A DNA stretch of 63,679 nt, taken from IMG/VR virus record IMGVR_UViG_3300023184_000116, positions 1-63,679 of that record; one strand, 5' to 3'. This DNA comes from a virus. Taxonomy: Duplodnaviria > Caudoviricetes. Positions 1 through 8,606 of the stretch are shown one piece after another. Under the pieces are notes generated by a model. The model saw nothing but the letters and a program-made list of their open reading frames with translations, did not search any database and had not been told where the DNA came from. Each line of letters starts with the position of its first letter. Position 1 is the stretch's first letter. The translations under genes were made by a program, and so were the position numbers.

Positions 1-189
1 AGAATGTTGGTTACTTCATCCCCAACTGTCCACACTTTATGTATAAAGTTGCGTGGCACAGCCACATCTGGGATCACTCTTTGTGTGGCGGGACTTCTAT
101 CACCAGTAAACGGGTTGTAGTATCTAACGTAAGGATTCTTAGGCCTAAATTTTCCAGCATCTGAATCAGATTTTTCCAGTCTTGCTTCG

Positions 190-399
190 TCACTCATTAT
201 CATCCTCTATTATTTCTTCGCCAACATACTCAAAGTCGTTGGTATCTTTTCGGTACTCATACATGTAGCATACCTTATCCACAGTGTTATGCACAATCGT
301 GAACTCTATAAATTCCATTACAGCCATAACTTCGGGAATAGTGGTACCGTCTAGCGGTCCACCCCAAAGCTGTATCCGTTTGGAAGTCTGGAACTTCAT
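190..399 (-). CDS. hypothetical protein (phage A)
   Basis: 69-aa ORF translationally coupled to the methylase; GGPLDG motif typical of small phage proteins. Confidence 0.5.
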   Translation of the reverse strand: MKFQTSKRIQLWGGPLDGTTIPEVMAVMEFIEFTIVHNTVDKVCYMYEYRKDTNDFEYVGEEIIEDDNE

Positions 400-881
400 C
401 GCCCACCCATCACTACAACCGCTGAAGGGAACGGTGCAGAGTTCTTAGCATTACCAAATTTTAACCTACCCCGAATGAAAGTAACATCATGTGGCAAACA
501 ATAATCTTGGAACCATGCTGTGTCAGTTCTTGCTGGAACTAGGCAAACCACTGTCACCCCCCCCCGTTTAGACTCAAGGTCAGCTTTTGCTACGAAACCC
601 TTAATGTTTCTGCCATACGGTGGGTTCAACCACACTGGCGAACCTTCAGCAACTTCAGCCCAATCAGTGGTAAGGGCATCCCTGTATTCAGGGTTTTCAT
701 GGTCTGGTCCAAAGTATTTTGCACAAAGTGCAGATGTTTTCAAAGCTGCGGCATCTAAACCAAACTTATAGATAGCATCATATTTGTCAAAAAAATTTCT
801 TGGCGTTGTCCAAGTATCATCATTAGAAGTAAATAACCCACTGTTGATCATACCCAACTCACTTCTGCCGGACCTGAACAA
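396..881 (-). CDS. phage DNA N6-adenine methyltransferase (Dam-like)
   Basis: W-x-TP, LDAAA, VWLNPPY, LVPARTDT and RGRLKFG motifs; likely start at 851. Confidence 0.9.
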   Translation of the reverse strand: MFRSGRSELGMINSGLFTSNDDTWTTPRNFFDKYDAIYKFGLDAAALKTSALCAKYFGPDHENPEYRDALTTDWAEVAEGSPVWLNPPYGRNIKGFVAKADLESKRGGVTVVCLVPARTDTAWFQDYCLPHDVTFIRGRLKFGNAKNSAPFPSAVVVMGGR

Positions 882-1369
882 GTAGTCGAATAGTGGATTG
901 CCGATTCAACAGCCAACCGCACCCTCTTACGGGGTGCCAAAGAACGGGTAACAAACAAAGACCCCAAGGCATACTGATACCCTGAACCCGTAGCGATCTC
1001 ACCATACTCAGCAACAGACCAATCCTGGGTGCTAATCTCAAACACTCTGCCATTAACACCAACTAAGAAGTCTGCACTAGCTTTGTCCGTGTCTGTGGTG
1101 TCGGTGCCTAGTTCATCGCAGGCTTGCTTGACTACCCGAATGAAGTTGAACCGCATGAACTGTTCAAGGTTATCCACAGGCGGTTTAGGGTAATCTAAAT
1201 AGTGCAGGAGTTGCCCTGTGCCACGACTGCCAGCGTAACCAATAATGTAGTCATTATTAACCCTAACTTTTGGGGTCAGCGAAGCTGCAATAAAGTCTTT
1301 GTCTGTGGAACCACTATCGGATCCCATGTAAACTTTGCTGCCATCTGCGATGGCTACAATAATGGTCAC
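848..1369 (-). CDS. Ntn-hydrolase, proteasome-beta/HslV-like peptidase
   Basis: N-terminal (M)TII, GSDS, IIGYAG and ATGSG..YALGSL motifs. Confidence 0.75.
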   Translation of the reverse strand: MTIIVAIADGSKVYMGSDSGSTDKDFIAASLTPKVRVNNDYIIGYAGSRGTGQLLHYLDYPKPPVDNLEQFMRFNFIRVVKQACDELGTDTTDTDKASADFLVGVNGRVFEISTQDWSVAEYGEIATGSGYQYALGSLFVTRSLAPRKRVRLAVESAIHYSTTCSGPAEVSWV

Positions 1370-1488
1370 TTATCTTTCCTTTGCTTGAAGTGGTCCCACC
1401 ACAAGAAACCAATGGTCATTAAGATCATTACTGTGAATGTTCCAGCAACAACAAATAGTATGCCGCCTAAAATGTCTTTACTGCTCAT
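1366..1488 (-). CDS. small membrane protein (40 aa)
   Basis: Manual translation MSSKDILGGILFVVAGTFTVMILMTIGFLWW...; fills the gap with overlapping start/stop codons. Confidence 0.5.
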   Translation of the reverse strand: MSSKDILGGILFVVAGTFTVMILMTIGFLWWDHFKQRKDK

Positions 1489-2120
1489 GCCAATGCTCTT
1501 TCTCGTAACCAATCTGCGCCACCATCCTGAAACACCTGATTCACATCCTTGTTTTCTGGTAACCTAACAACAACCGCTTTATCCAAATCTTCTTTGATTC
1601 GTTTGGCAAGTTCCATTCCTGGATTCCTGCCATCTTCCTTAAGGTCGTTATCTGCAAAGACAACAATACGTTCAAAGCCTTCAAACATTTTTTGGAACCA
1701 GGGCTTCCATTGGGTAACACCAGCAATCCCCACCGCAGGTACACCAACTAGTGCAGACATAACAAGGCAGTCAAGTTCGCCCTCACAAATAGCAATAACA
1801 TCCGAACTATCATGAAGATCGACAACATTGAACATGCCTATCTTTTGGCCAGTCGGCCACAAATACTTAGGACTGCCACCATCAACTTTACGAAACTTGA
1901 TCCCAACAACACCGGTAGGGGTGCGGTAAGGGATAGACAAGCAACCAGCAGCGTGTTCGTGTCCTGGTGCAGGGTCACTAACGGTTCCTAGGTGGAACGT
2001 AGCGGCGGCTTCCTTTGTTATTCCCCGCCCTAGCAGGTAGGATGCCGTTTGACGATCCATTTGTCCTGCGTACCTGTGTGCGGTTTCCGTTAGTAATAGC
2101 TTCTGCTCTTGCGATAGCAT
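1485..2120 (-). CDS. DNA primase, Toprim part
   Basis: YL..RGI, IPY, PKY, ICEGELD and FADND motifs. Confidence 0.9.
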   Translation of the reverse strand: MLSQEQKLLLTETAHRYAGQMDRQTASYLLGRGITKEAAATFHLGTVSDPAPGHEHAAGCLSIPYRTPTGVVGIKFRKVDGGSPKYLWPTGQKIGMFNVVDLHDSSDVIAICEGELDCLVMSALVGVPAVGIAGVTQWKPWFQKMFEGFERIVVFADNDLKEDGRNPGMELAKRIKEDLDKAVVVRLPENKDVNQVFQDGGADWLRERALA

Positions 2121-2337
2121 CCTTGAACCCTAATCCCTCTTTGTTGGCTACTACATCGTATACATCGCCATCGAATTGGCAGACGAAACAATGGTAGCGC
2201 TGTTTATCTATGTTTACTGTTGCACTTGCTTGTGTATCGTTGTGCAAGACACACCGTATCGAAATGTATCCTGAACGTGTAGGTACTATCGCACCATAAT
2301 GGTCTAGGACTAAAGCAAGATCAGGCTTGTCTGTCAT
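1978..2337 (-). CDS. DNA primase, zinc-binding (CHC2) part
   Basis: C-x2-H-x-D...HCFVC...GD; start MTDKP; split primase arrangement as in many actinophages. Confidence 0.85.
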   Translation of the reverse strand: MTDKPDLALVLDHYGAIVPTRSGYISIRCVLHNDTQASATVNIDKQRYHCFVCQFDGDVYDVVANKEGLGFKDAIARAEAITNGNRTQVRRTNGSSNGILPARAGNNKGSRRYVPPRNR

Positions 2338-2525
2338 TAAAGTAGCTTCAGAACCAAATCGCATGGGTCTCCGCCTTCATCAAACTGTTGCTTTTCTTCT
2401 TCGGTTAGATACTCATAGGTACCATCGTGGGTGGCACAAATACTATCTGTTACCCAACCCTTTTTGATACCGTACTGTACCCAATCAGCTCGCTCGTTCC
2501 ATTCTTGGTCATTCATTAGGTTCAC
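2337..2525 (-). CDS. hypothetical protein
   Basis: 62-aa coupled ORF with C.THDG...DPC. Confidence 0.6.
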   Translation of the reverse strand: MNLMNDQEWNERADWVQYGIKKGWVTDSICATHDGTYEYLTEEEKQQFDEGGDPCDLVLKLL

Positions 2526-2877
2526 CTATCCATTGTTCTAGGGTTTGTATTACCCAGGATTGTTCAATACCAGCGTTACGGCGTTTGACGATCACATACG
2601 CTGGCGGTACTTCTTTAAGGTTTCTTGCTTTGGCATAGTTAGCTGCTTCTAGTGTGGCTTCTTTCCAGAATTGTGGTAGTTCAAGCTTTGCCCTGTTCTT
2701 TAGTTCTAGAACATAAGGTTTACCTGCTACGAAACAAACTATGTCACCTTCGTCATGGGTTCCTGCGAGTGCTAGTTTCTCTGCGAGTAGTCCTTTGTCG
2801 CGTAACCATTTCAGGATTGCTGATTCGTATGCTGAACCTTTACGTTTATTCGGATTACTCACGATACTTGGCTCCAA
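2509..2877 (-). CDS. Holliday junction resolvase (PD-(D/E)XK)
   Basis: KRKGSAYE, DEGDI, LELKN motifs. Confidence 0.8.
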   Translation of the reverse strand: MEPSIVSNPNKRKGSAYESAILKWLRDKGLLAEKLALAGTHDEGDIVCFVAGKPYVLELKNRAKLELPQFWKEATLEAANYAKARNLKEVPPAYVIVKRRNAGIEQSWVIQTLEQWIGEPNE

Positions 2878-3686
2878 TACTGTGCCACATGGACACTCTG
2901 ACGATCATTGTAAAGTGTCATTCGGGAAGCATCCGCAAACAACACTGTGTAATCTGTGCCTGCGGCGCTATTCTTAGCAAACCTATTCTTCACACAAGCA
3001 ATACGATACTCGGAAGTATCATGATCCATCGCTACTGTGAGGATCATTTCTGGAAGCTGGCTAATCTTACCCTGAATAGACTTACGGCTAGGTGGTAGTT
3101 CTGGTCTACCCTCAGCTTCAGTAGTGTGATGCAACATGAACACTGCGGCATCTGTTTCTCTAGCAATGTGGTGCATTGCTTTAGCAATGTCCCGCATACC
3201 AGTCCACTCATTATCGTGCAATGCTGCAATGTTTAACAAGTTGTCAATGATTAGCAACTGTGGGTATTCCCCGAACGCTTCACCATACGCTTGGATCGAC
3301 AACTGTATGTCGTCAAGCGTTGGGCTAGGGTCAAAGTCAAACCGTAAATGTTTCAAAGTTTTGAGTTCATCTTCATAAAACTCGTACCCTGCACCACTCG
3401 TAAAAGCTTCCTCGACAGTATTGACTTGGCTACCGGTAATGACAGCCGCCGCACGAATAGCAGTGGTGTAAGCATCCGTATCTGCACTGATGTAAAGTGT
3501 TGGCACACCAGACTTCACTGCATAAAACAATGCTAGTAACGATTTACCACTGTTCGGTTGCCCTGCAATCATTGTTACTTGCCCCCGCCGAAAACGAACA
3601 CCGTTCTGGGCGAGGGCTGGGAACAAGTCAGGTAGTAACTGTGCGTTGTTTTTGTTTCGTGTAGCTGCCTGGGCTATCGTCAACAT
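2859..3686 (-). CDS. DnaB/RecA-like replicative helicase
   Basis: Walker A GQPNSGKS, Walker B LLIIDNL, LHH, VKNRF. Confidence 0.9.
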   Translation of the reverse strand: MLTIAQAATRNKNNAQLLPDLFPALAQNGVRFRRGQVTMIAGQPNSGKSLLALFYAVKSGVPTLYISADTDAYTTAIRAAAVITGSQVNTVEEAFTSGAGYEFYEDELKTLKHLRFDFDPSPTLDDIQLSIQAYGEAFGEYPQLLIIDNLLNIAALHDNEWTGMRDIAKAMHHIARETDAAVFMLHHTTEAEGRPELPPSRKSIQGKISQLPEMILTVAMDHDTSEYRIACVKNRFAKNSAAGTDYTVLFADASRMTLYNDRQSVHVAQYWSQVS

Positions 3687-3855
3687 AGTAAGTTCCTACC
3701 TTCCTGCGTTCCTGTAAAACAATTTGCTGTACCCTGCTAGGGGTCACATCAAGCAGGTCAGATAGGTCGTCATAAGTGAAACCTATCTGATCCTTGAGCT
3801 TGAGTATGAGTGGGAAAACCGCAGGGTGTACTTTAGTTCCTCTGCGTACCGTCAT
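3628..3855 (-). CDS. HTH DNA-binding protein
   Basis: FTYDDLSDLLDVTPSRVQQI helix-turn-helix pattern. Confidence 0.65.
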   Translation of the reverse strand: MTVRRGTKVHPAVFPLILKLKDQIGFTYDDLSDLLDVTPSRVQQIVLQERRKVGTYYVDDSPGSYTKQKQRTVTT

Positions 3856-3858
3856 TGG

Positions 3859-4311
3859 TTATCCTTTAACGAACTGTGGAGAACACTTGTCGGTAGCTTC
3901 CTTCGGCTGTGGACAGAACCAACCCTTCCAAGGTTTGTTCGCTGGGGCAACCCAAGACATTGCACCGTGACGGCAGACTGGTGCGCCAGTGGTTTGACCA
4001 TCTGGTGCTGGCTGTGGATTTGATACCGGAATGTTTGCTGGTGTTGATGTAATCACTGGTGCTGGTGCGCTTGTAGTTACTGGTGTAGTTACTACTGTCG
4101 AGTTAGGGAACGCAGCTTGGATCACTACTTCAGGTGTTGCAGGTGCAACATTGTCTGTAAGCAACTGTTCCAACGCTACAACGTACTGGTTTGTTGCATT
4201 GTTTACAACATCCTGCACATTGGCGTTCAGTTCGGCGGCACTATCGGCGCGAACAGTAAAAATAGTTCCCGCTTTCGTCTTAACATTGATAACATAATTC
4301 TTTTCAGACAT
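3859..4311 (-). CDS. conserved phage protein with C-terminal C-x-H...C...C Zn motif (possible ssDNA-binding protein)
   Basis: Pro/Thr linker followed by PVCRHG...WFC...C; lies between exonuclease and helicase. Confidence 0.55.
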   Translation of the reverse strand: MSEKNYVINVKTKAGTIFTVRADSAAELNANVQDVVNNATNQYVVALEQLLTDNVAPATPEVVIQAAFPNSTVVTTPVTTSAPAPVITSTPANIPVSNPQPAPDGQTTGAPVCRHGAMSWVAPANKPWKGWFCPQPKEATDKCSPQFVKG

Positions 4312-4312
4312 G

Positions 4313-5005
4313 CTATTCCTTTCCTTCTTTCTGGTTTCCTATTGCATAGAGTGGATCTACAAGGTGAGCGAACTCGCCACCATTCGCATGGCAGTAATCT
4401 ACTACCAGGCAAGACTTGCACATCATACTGATGTTGGGTAAAAAGATTCGGTTCTGTACAGAGAACTCAAACTGGCGGAACAGTTCCGTGAACAGTGGAT
4501 AAGTCCAACGGTCAATACCTTCAGCTGGTTCAAAGATCGCTGCACGAGCATTGTAATAGTAGCCCCCTGATGGGGTTATCCCAAACTGTTTACCGATAGC
4601 GGAAGCATACAAACCTAACTGCATAGAGTTGGATGGCATGTTCGCACCAGACTTCCAGTCAATGACCACAAGTTCACCGTCAGGTGTTACTGCTACAAGA
4701 TCGACAAACGCTTTGATGCGTACATCACCGAAGTCAACATTGAGTTCAAGTTCAATAGCGGGGATACCTTCGGGCGTTACCCATACTTGGAATCCTGATG
4801 CAGCCCATGTTTGTACAAAGTTGTGTAGCATCTCTGGTCCTTTAGCGGACCACCAGTCACCATTCTCTTTGTCTGGCCACTCTTTAGTTTTGCGCCCACC
4901 AGCTTTCCAATCAACAGGGTTTGTGCCGTGTCGTTCTTGCTGGTCTCCGATTGCTTGGTTGAAACATTCAGCCCAGAGTTGTTCAATCGTTAGTTGCTTT
5001 GACAT
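4313..5005 (-). CDS. RecB/Cas4-like PD-(D/E)XK exonuclease, C-terminal part
   Basis: E...AFVDLV...IDWKSG...QLGLYA and C-x2-C-x5-C. Confidence 0.85.
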   Translation of the reverse strand: MSKQLTIEQLWAECFNQAIGDQQERHGTNPVDWKAGGRKTKEWPDKENGDWWSAKGPEMLHNFVQTWAASGFQVWVTPEGIPAIELELNVDFGDVRIKAFVDLVAVTPDGELVVIDWKSGANMPSNSMQLGLYASAIGKQFGITPSGGYYYNARAAIFEPAEGIDRWTYPLFTELFRQFEFSVQNRIFLPNISMMCKSCLVVDYCHANGGEFAHLVDPLYAIGNQKEGKE

Positions 5006-5189
5006 CCACTTCCCCTTTCAGAAGTTTCTCTACGGCTAAATGGAAAGCGGATCCACCAACGAAGTACCATGCGGCACCGGTGGGTACGTGTAGTTCCCGT
5101 TCAAGTTGCCATGCTTTACCGCACTTAACCCAGGATGTGAATGATGAGAAGGATCTGTGTCCTATTGTTATTTTTTTTGCATCTACCAT
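4983..5189 (-). CDS. RecB/Cas4-like exonuclease, N-terminal part
   Basis: HRSFSS...KCG..W.LER...GGSAFHLAVE matches the family N-terminus. Confidence 0.75.
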   Translation of the reverse strand: MVDAKKITIGHRSFSSFTSWVKCGKAWQLERELHVPTGAAWYFVGGSAFHLAVEKLLKGEVDVKATND

Positions 5190-5196
5190 AACTAGG

Positions 5197-5225
5197 ACTA
5201 TACACACAGTGAACGCACAGTGCAA
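5197..5225 (-). promoter_or_regulatory. sigma70-type early promoter, probably leaderless
   Basis: TTGCAC-17-TATAGT, ending 7 nt before the ATG at 5189. Confidence 0.6.
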
Positions 5226-5247
5226 ATCGTAACGCCGTGATGTGGAT

Positions 5248-5277
5248 TTGACATTCCTTGAAGGTGGAAATTATACT
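5248..5277 (+). promoter_or_regulatory. sigma70-type promoter on the + strand
   Basis: TTGACA-18-TATACT. Confidence 0.5.
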
Positions 5278-5324
5278 GCGAGCTATAGCGAGCGACAAAA
5301 AAGATACAAGAAAGAAAAACGGCA

Positions 5325-5485
5325 AAAAAAATAGCCCGCCTATTAGGGCGGGTAGTTAGGCGACCCAGAGGGTCGCTTATATATAGGTAATTTTATTTAA
5401 TTTTCAAGGCACCGTAAACTGCGTAAAAAGCCCCCACAAATAGCGAAAGACCCCGCCTAGTACAAAAGTACCAGAACGGGGTCAA
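5325..5485. terminator. cluster of hairpins (terminator or origin region) after the lysis genes
   Basis: CCCGCCtattaGGGCGGG next to an A-run; GCGACCcagagGGTCGC; GACCCCG...CGGGGTC. Confidence 0.55.
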
Positions 5486-5523
5486 AATCGCTTACAGTGG
5501 CTTACAGAGCCATTTAGGGGGTG

Positions 5524-5940
5524 TTACTTGCCTCTGTAGCGGAAGATCCACTTAGGGTCAACACCTTTACCAACCTGCCAAAACGGGGTAGGTTGTGCTT
5601 CAAAATGCAGATGCGAACCAGTATGAGCATTACCTTCAATGCCAATGTCGGCAATGTGCTGGCCCATCTTCACAATGTCACCAGCTTTAACATAAGACTT
5701 CTTAACATGGGCATAAGTGCAATAGTAAGTCTTGATACGGAACTTGTGTTTAATTGTTGGAGAGAACTTCCCCAAGGCAGGGCCTTGAGCGCCAACAGAA
5801 GTAACCACACCATCAGCAACCGCATACACCGGTGTGCCAATAGGATCACCAAAGTCAACACCCTGATGCCAGCCACTCATCCACTGAGGACCTTTAACAC
5901 CATACTCGCAAGTAACCCTAGGATTTTTAACTGGATACAT
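5524..5940 (-). CDS. endolysin, M23 peptidase (phage A)
   Basis: HQGVDFG, YAH, HLHFE; start MYPVK. Confidence 0.9.
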   Translation of the reverse strand: MYPVKNPRVTCEYGVKGPQWMSGWHQGVDFGDPIGTPVYAVADGVVTSVGAQGPALGKFSPTIKHKFRIKTYYCTYAHVKKSYVKAGDIVKMGQHIADIGIEGNAHTGSHLHFEAQPTPFWQVGKGVDPKWIFRYRGK

Positions 5941-6145
5941 TAGTCTTCTTCTTTCCAAAACGGGAATCGTGAGGGTTAAGTGCATCAATAATGATAGTTA
6001 CCACAGCCACAACAAGGGCTTGGTATTCGGCTTGTAAATTCAAACTCGTAACATTGTTCAACAACCAAGCACAACCAGCACCAAGACCAATCTTGGCAGC
6101 TTCAGCCAAAGGGCTAGTAGCTAACCAATGCAAAAACTTTTTCAT
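5927..6145 (-). CDS. holin
   Basis: Two hydrophobic segments, LNP.D.RFG tail, adjacent to endolysin. Confidence 0.75.
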   Translation of the reverse strand: MKKFLHWLATSPLAEAAKIGLGAGCAWLLNNVTSLNLQAEYQALVVAVVTIIIDALNPHDSRFGKKKTNVSS

Positions 6146-6450
6146 TCGCTCTCCTTCATGTGTTGCTCAAACTCGCCTTCAAGTTTCACAACCTTGTCAC
6201 CGATAGTGATTTGACGTGCTTCCATCTTGTCTAACTTTGCAGCAATCTCATTCACTGCCTGGCGAATACCCCCACCATTAGGGCCAAACTGTTTCTCGAT
6301 TCGATCCAATCTATCTTCCATGCGTATCGCCCTTACGCTAGTATCAATTTGATGTTTTTCAATCTTGCGCCAAGAACCCCAAGCGGCAGCTACAAGCCCA
6401 GCAATGAAAATAATTTCAGGCATAAAAAGATTAAACTCTTTAAGTGTCAT
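6142..6450 (-). CDS. membrane protein of the lysis module
   Basis: N-terminal transmembrane segment, PNGGG motif, coiled coil. Confidence 0.6.
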   Translation of the reverse strand: MTLKEFNLFMPEIIFIAGLVAAAWGSWRKIEKHQIDTSVRAIRMEDRLDRIEKQFGPNGGGIRQAVNEIAAKLDKMEARQITIGDKVVKLEGEFEQHMKESE

Positions 6451-8606
6451 ACTGTTCTCACCTGAACATAAACGACACCACCATAACCTTTGAACCTGCG
6501 GTCAGGTGAACTCATACGTTCAAAACTGATCTGCTCAATAAGGCACTGGACCTGCTCACCAGAAGTGAAGTCCTGGAAAGTGATCGTATCGCCTGTACCT
6601 TCAATGGCTTCCAAAGCTTGTAGTCGATCCCAAGCCCGACCTTCGTAACCGGTAGCAATGTTGTAACGGTCTGCTTCAAAGTCATAATTCATTACAGGTA
6701 TTTCAAGCACACGGTAACGTGGCATAGCAATCAAAGATTTTAACTGGTATGCCTGGAACGTTGGACCTTTGGTGGCATCGCTACTGGCTCGGTTTAGGGT
6801 AAAGCGGAAAGCTAACTGGTCTAAACCTGCGGAAGAAATTTGTGTACCAATGTCTTGGTCTGCCATAGCATCGTTTGTGACAGTGATAATGTTTGTTACT
6901 GCGCCAGATTTTTGGATACTAGCAATGCCAACAGAACCTTGAACAGGTGATAGTAGGCGAACATTGATTCGTTTGAAGTGTTTGTTCTCTAGAGTGTTGT
7001 AACGTACTGCACCAGTATCTAAGTATCCTGACGACACTAAGTTAGTGGCATGTTGAAAATACAAAGCATTACCGTTAACTGTGAACGCCATACGACCTGT
7101 TGCACCAATCAATGCAACAGCTTGACAGTTACCGGTAGCGGTAGAGTTAAGATCGTAAGTCCAAGCAAACTTTCCATCAGAAACTTGTGCAGACAAATCA
7201 ATCCGCAGTAGCCCACTCTTGCTATCAATGTCGTTAGTTACTGTTGCGTAAGCAAACCTGTCAACGAAAGCAAAGTTTTGAACAGTGTCATCCGGTGTAG
7301 GTTTCTTGTAAGTCAATGGACCATAAGTTATGTAACCTTTACCATAAACACTGCTATCAATTTTACCTATACGGATACCGTAGTTAGTTCCAATGACCAT
7401 GAACGCACCAAGGTATACACCGATAGATAGCACATGTTCATCGTTAGGGAAATCAGCGGCAGGATCAGCAGATGTTAATGCTGGTACTGCACCACTGGTA
7501 TCTAGTGTTAGTTTCAAAATGTTTGAAGTGATACCGCTGTAACCTGAAAGGTAGATAGCAGTTGGGCCTTCGGTAATGCTAGTAAATTTCCATGTTGTAG
7601 TTGGATCAACATAGATAGGGTTACTGTTGTTATTTGTTAAAACAAGTGAACCAGTATTTGTGTTGTAATCTTGGTCTGCGTGGGCATGTGACCAAGAAAC
7701 ACTATTTGCAGTAGGCACAGCGGAAACTACCCAAGTACCGTTGTATGCTGCTGCAGTTGTCCCAACACCTGAAACAGTTATCGGATCACCAACACGGAAG
7801 TTATTTGCTGGAGTGATGGTGGCAGTAGCCACATTGTTAACAATTTCGGTAGCAGTAATAGTGTGCGTTACTATAGGAACAATTTGGAAAACATAATTGT
7901 TAACGCCAGCAATAAGACGTTGCTTCACCCAAGCCATTGCAACACTAGTTACAGTGCCAACAGATGTTGGGTGAGTGAAGATAGATGCACCATTAGATGC
8001 GCCCGTTAACGGACCCTTGTAAATGCCTGTGGCATTAGCAACATAATAGTTAACACCATCGGTAGCTAAAGCAAGAATAGTGCCAGAACCACCCCAAGTC
8101 AGCGTAGTCTTAGTACCGGCAGAAGTAACTCGATACAAACTAGAACCATCAGAATAAACAACAACATCAACATTATTGGCATCAATACCGCCAACCATAA
8201 GGGCATTACCCGAAACAGCAGCAATGTTAGTTACATCAGGGAGTAAAGATACTTGACCTGGAGTCCAAGGATCCAAACCAACAGACTTATTAAAACGATA
8301 AATAACATCCTGACCCTGCAAGGGTTCCTCAAATTTTATACCTGCACCAAGATGAAAACTGTTTTGCGAACGAAGCCACCAGCCCTGCAAAGTCTGCTCA
8401 CCAGGTGACTGTGTTAAGTCGATCTGTTCACGTTTGTATGGTGCAGTGATCCTGCGGTAAGGGTATTTGTTTGAAGCTGCAATGAAGTATGGTTCTCCAC
8501 CGATTGCCACATCGTAAACTTGTTTACTGTTTCTGTAGGATGCGTTGACCGATGCGGGTAAACCAATCGGATCAATCACACCATCTGTAATTGATTCCGT
8601 TGCCAT
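6447..8606 (-). CDS. tail structural protein (tubular B/nozzle-like, beta-rich)
   Basis: 719 aa, beta-propeller-like composition, podovirus tail-module position. Confidence 0.6.
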   Translation of the reverse strand: MATESITDGVIDPIGLPASVNASYRNSKQVYDVAIGGEPYFIAASNKYPYRRITAPYKREQIDLTQSPGEQTLQGWWLRSQNSFHLGAGIKFEEPLQGQDVIYRFNKSVGLDPWTPGQVSLLPDVTNIAAVSGNALMVGGIDANNVDVVVYSDGSSLYRVTSAGTKTTLTWGGSGTILALATDGVNYYVANATGIYKGPLTGASNGASIFTHPTSVGTVTSVAMAWVKQRLIAGVNNYVFQIVPIVTHTITATEIVNNVATATITPANNFRVGDPITVSGVGTTAAAYNGTWVVSAVPTANSVSWSHAHADQDYNTNTGSLVLTNNNSNPIYVDPTTTWKFTSITEGPTAIYLSGYSGITSNILKLTLDTSGAVPALTSADPAADFPNDEHVLSIGVYLGAFMVIGTNYGIRIGKIDSSVYGKGYITYGPLTYKKPTPDDTVQNFAFVDRFAYATVTNDIDSKSGLLRIDLSAQVSDGKFAWTYDLNSTATGNCQAVALIGATGRMAFTVNGNALYFQHATNLVSSGYLDTGAVRYNTLENKHFKRINVRLLSPVQGSVGIASIQKSGAVTNIITVTNDAMADQDIGTQISSAGLDQLAFRFTLNRASSDATKGPTFQAYQLKSLIAMPRYRVLEIPVMNYDFEADRYNIATGYEGRAWDRLQALEAIEGTGDTITFQDFTSGEQVQCLIEQISFERMSSPDRRFKGYGGVVYVQVRTV

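Noticed and set aside
1485-2337. Split primase as a pseudogene
   Set aside because: Separate overlapping Zn-finger and Toprim ORFs are a known arrangement in actinophages, and both parts have intact motifs
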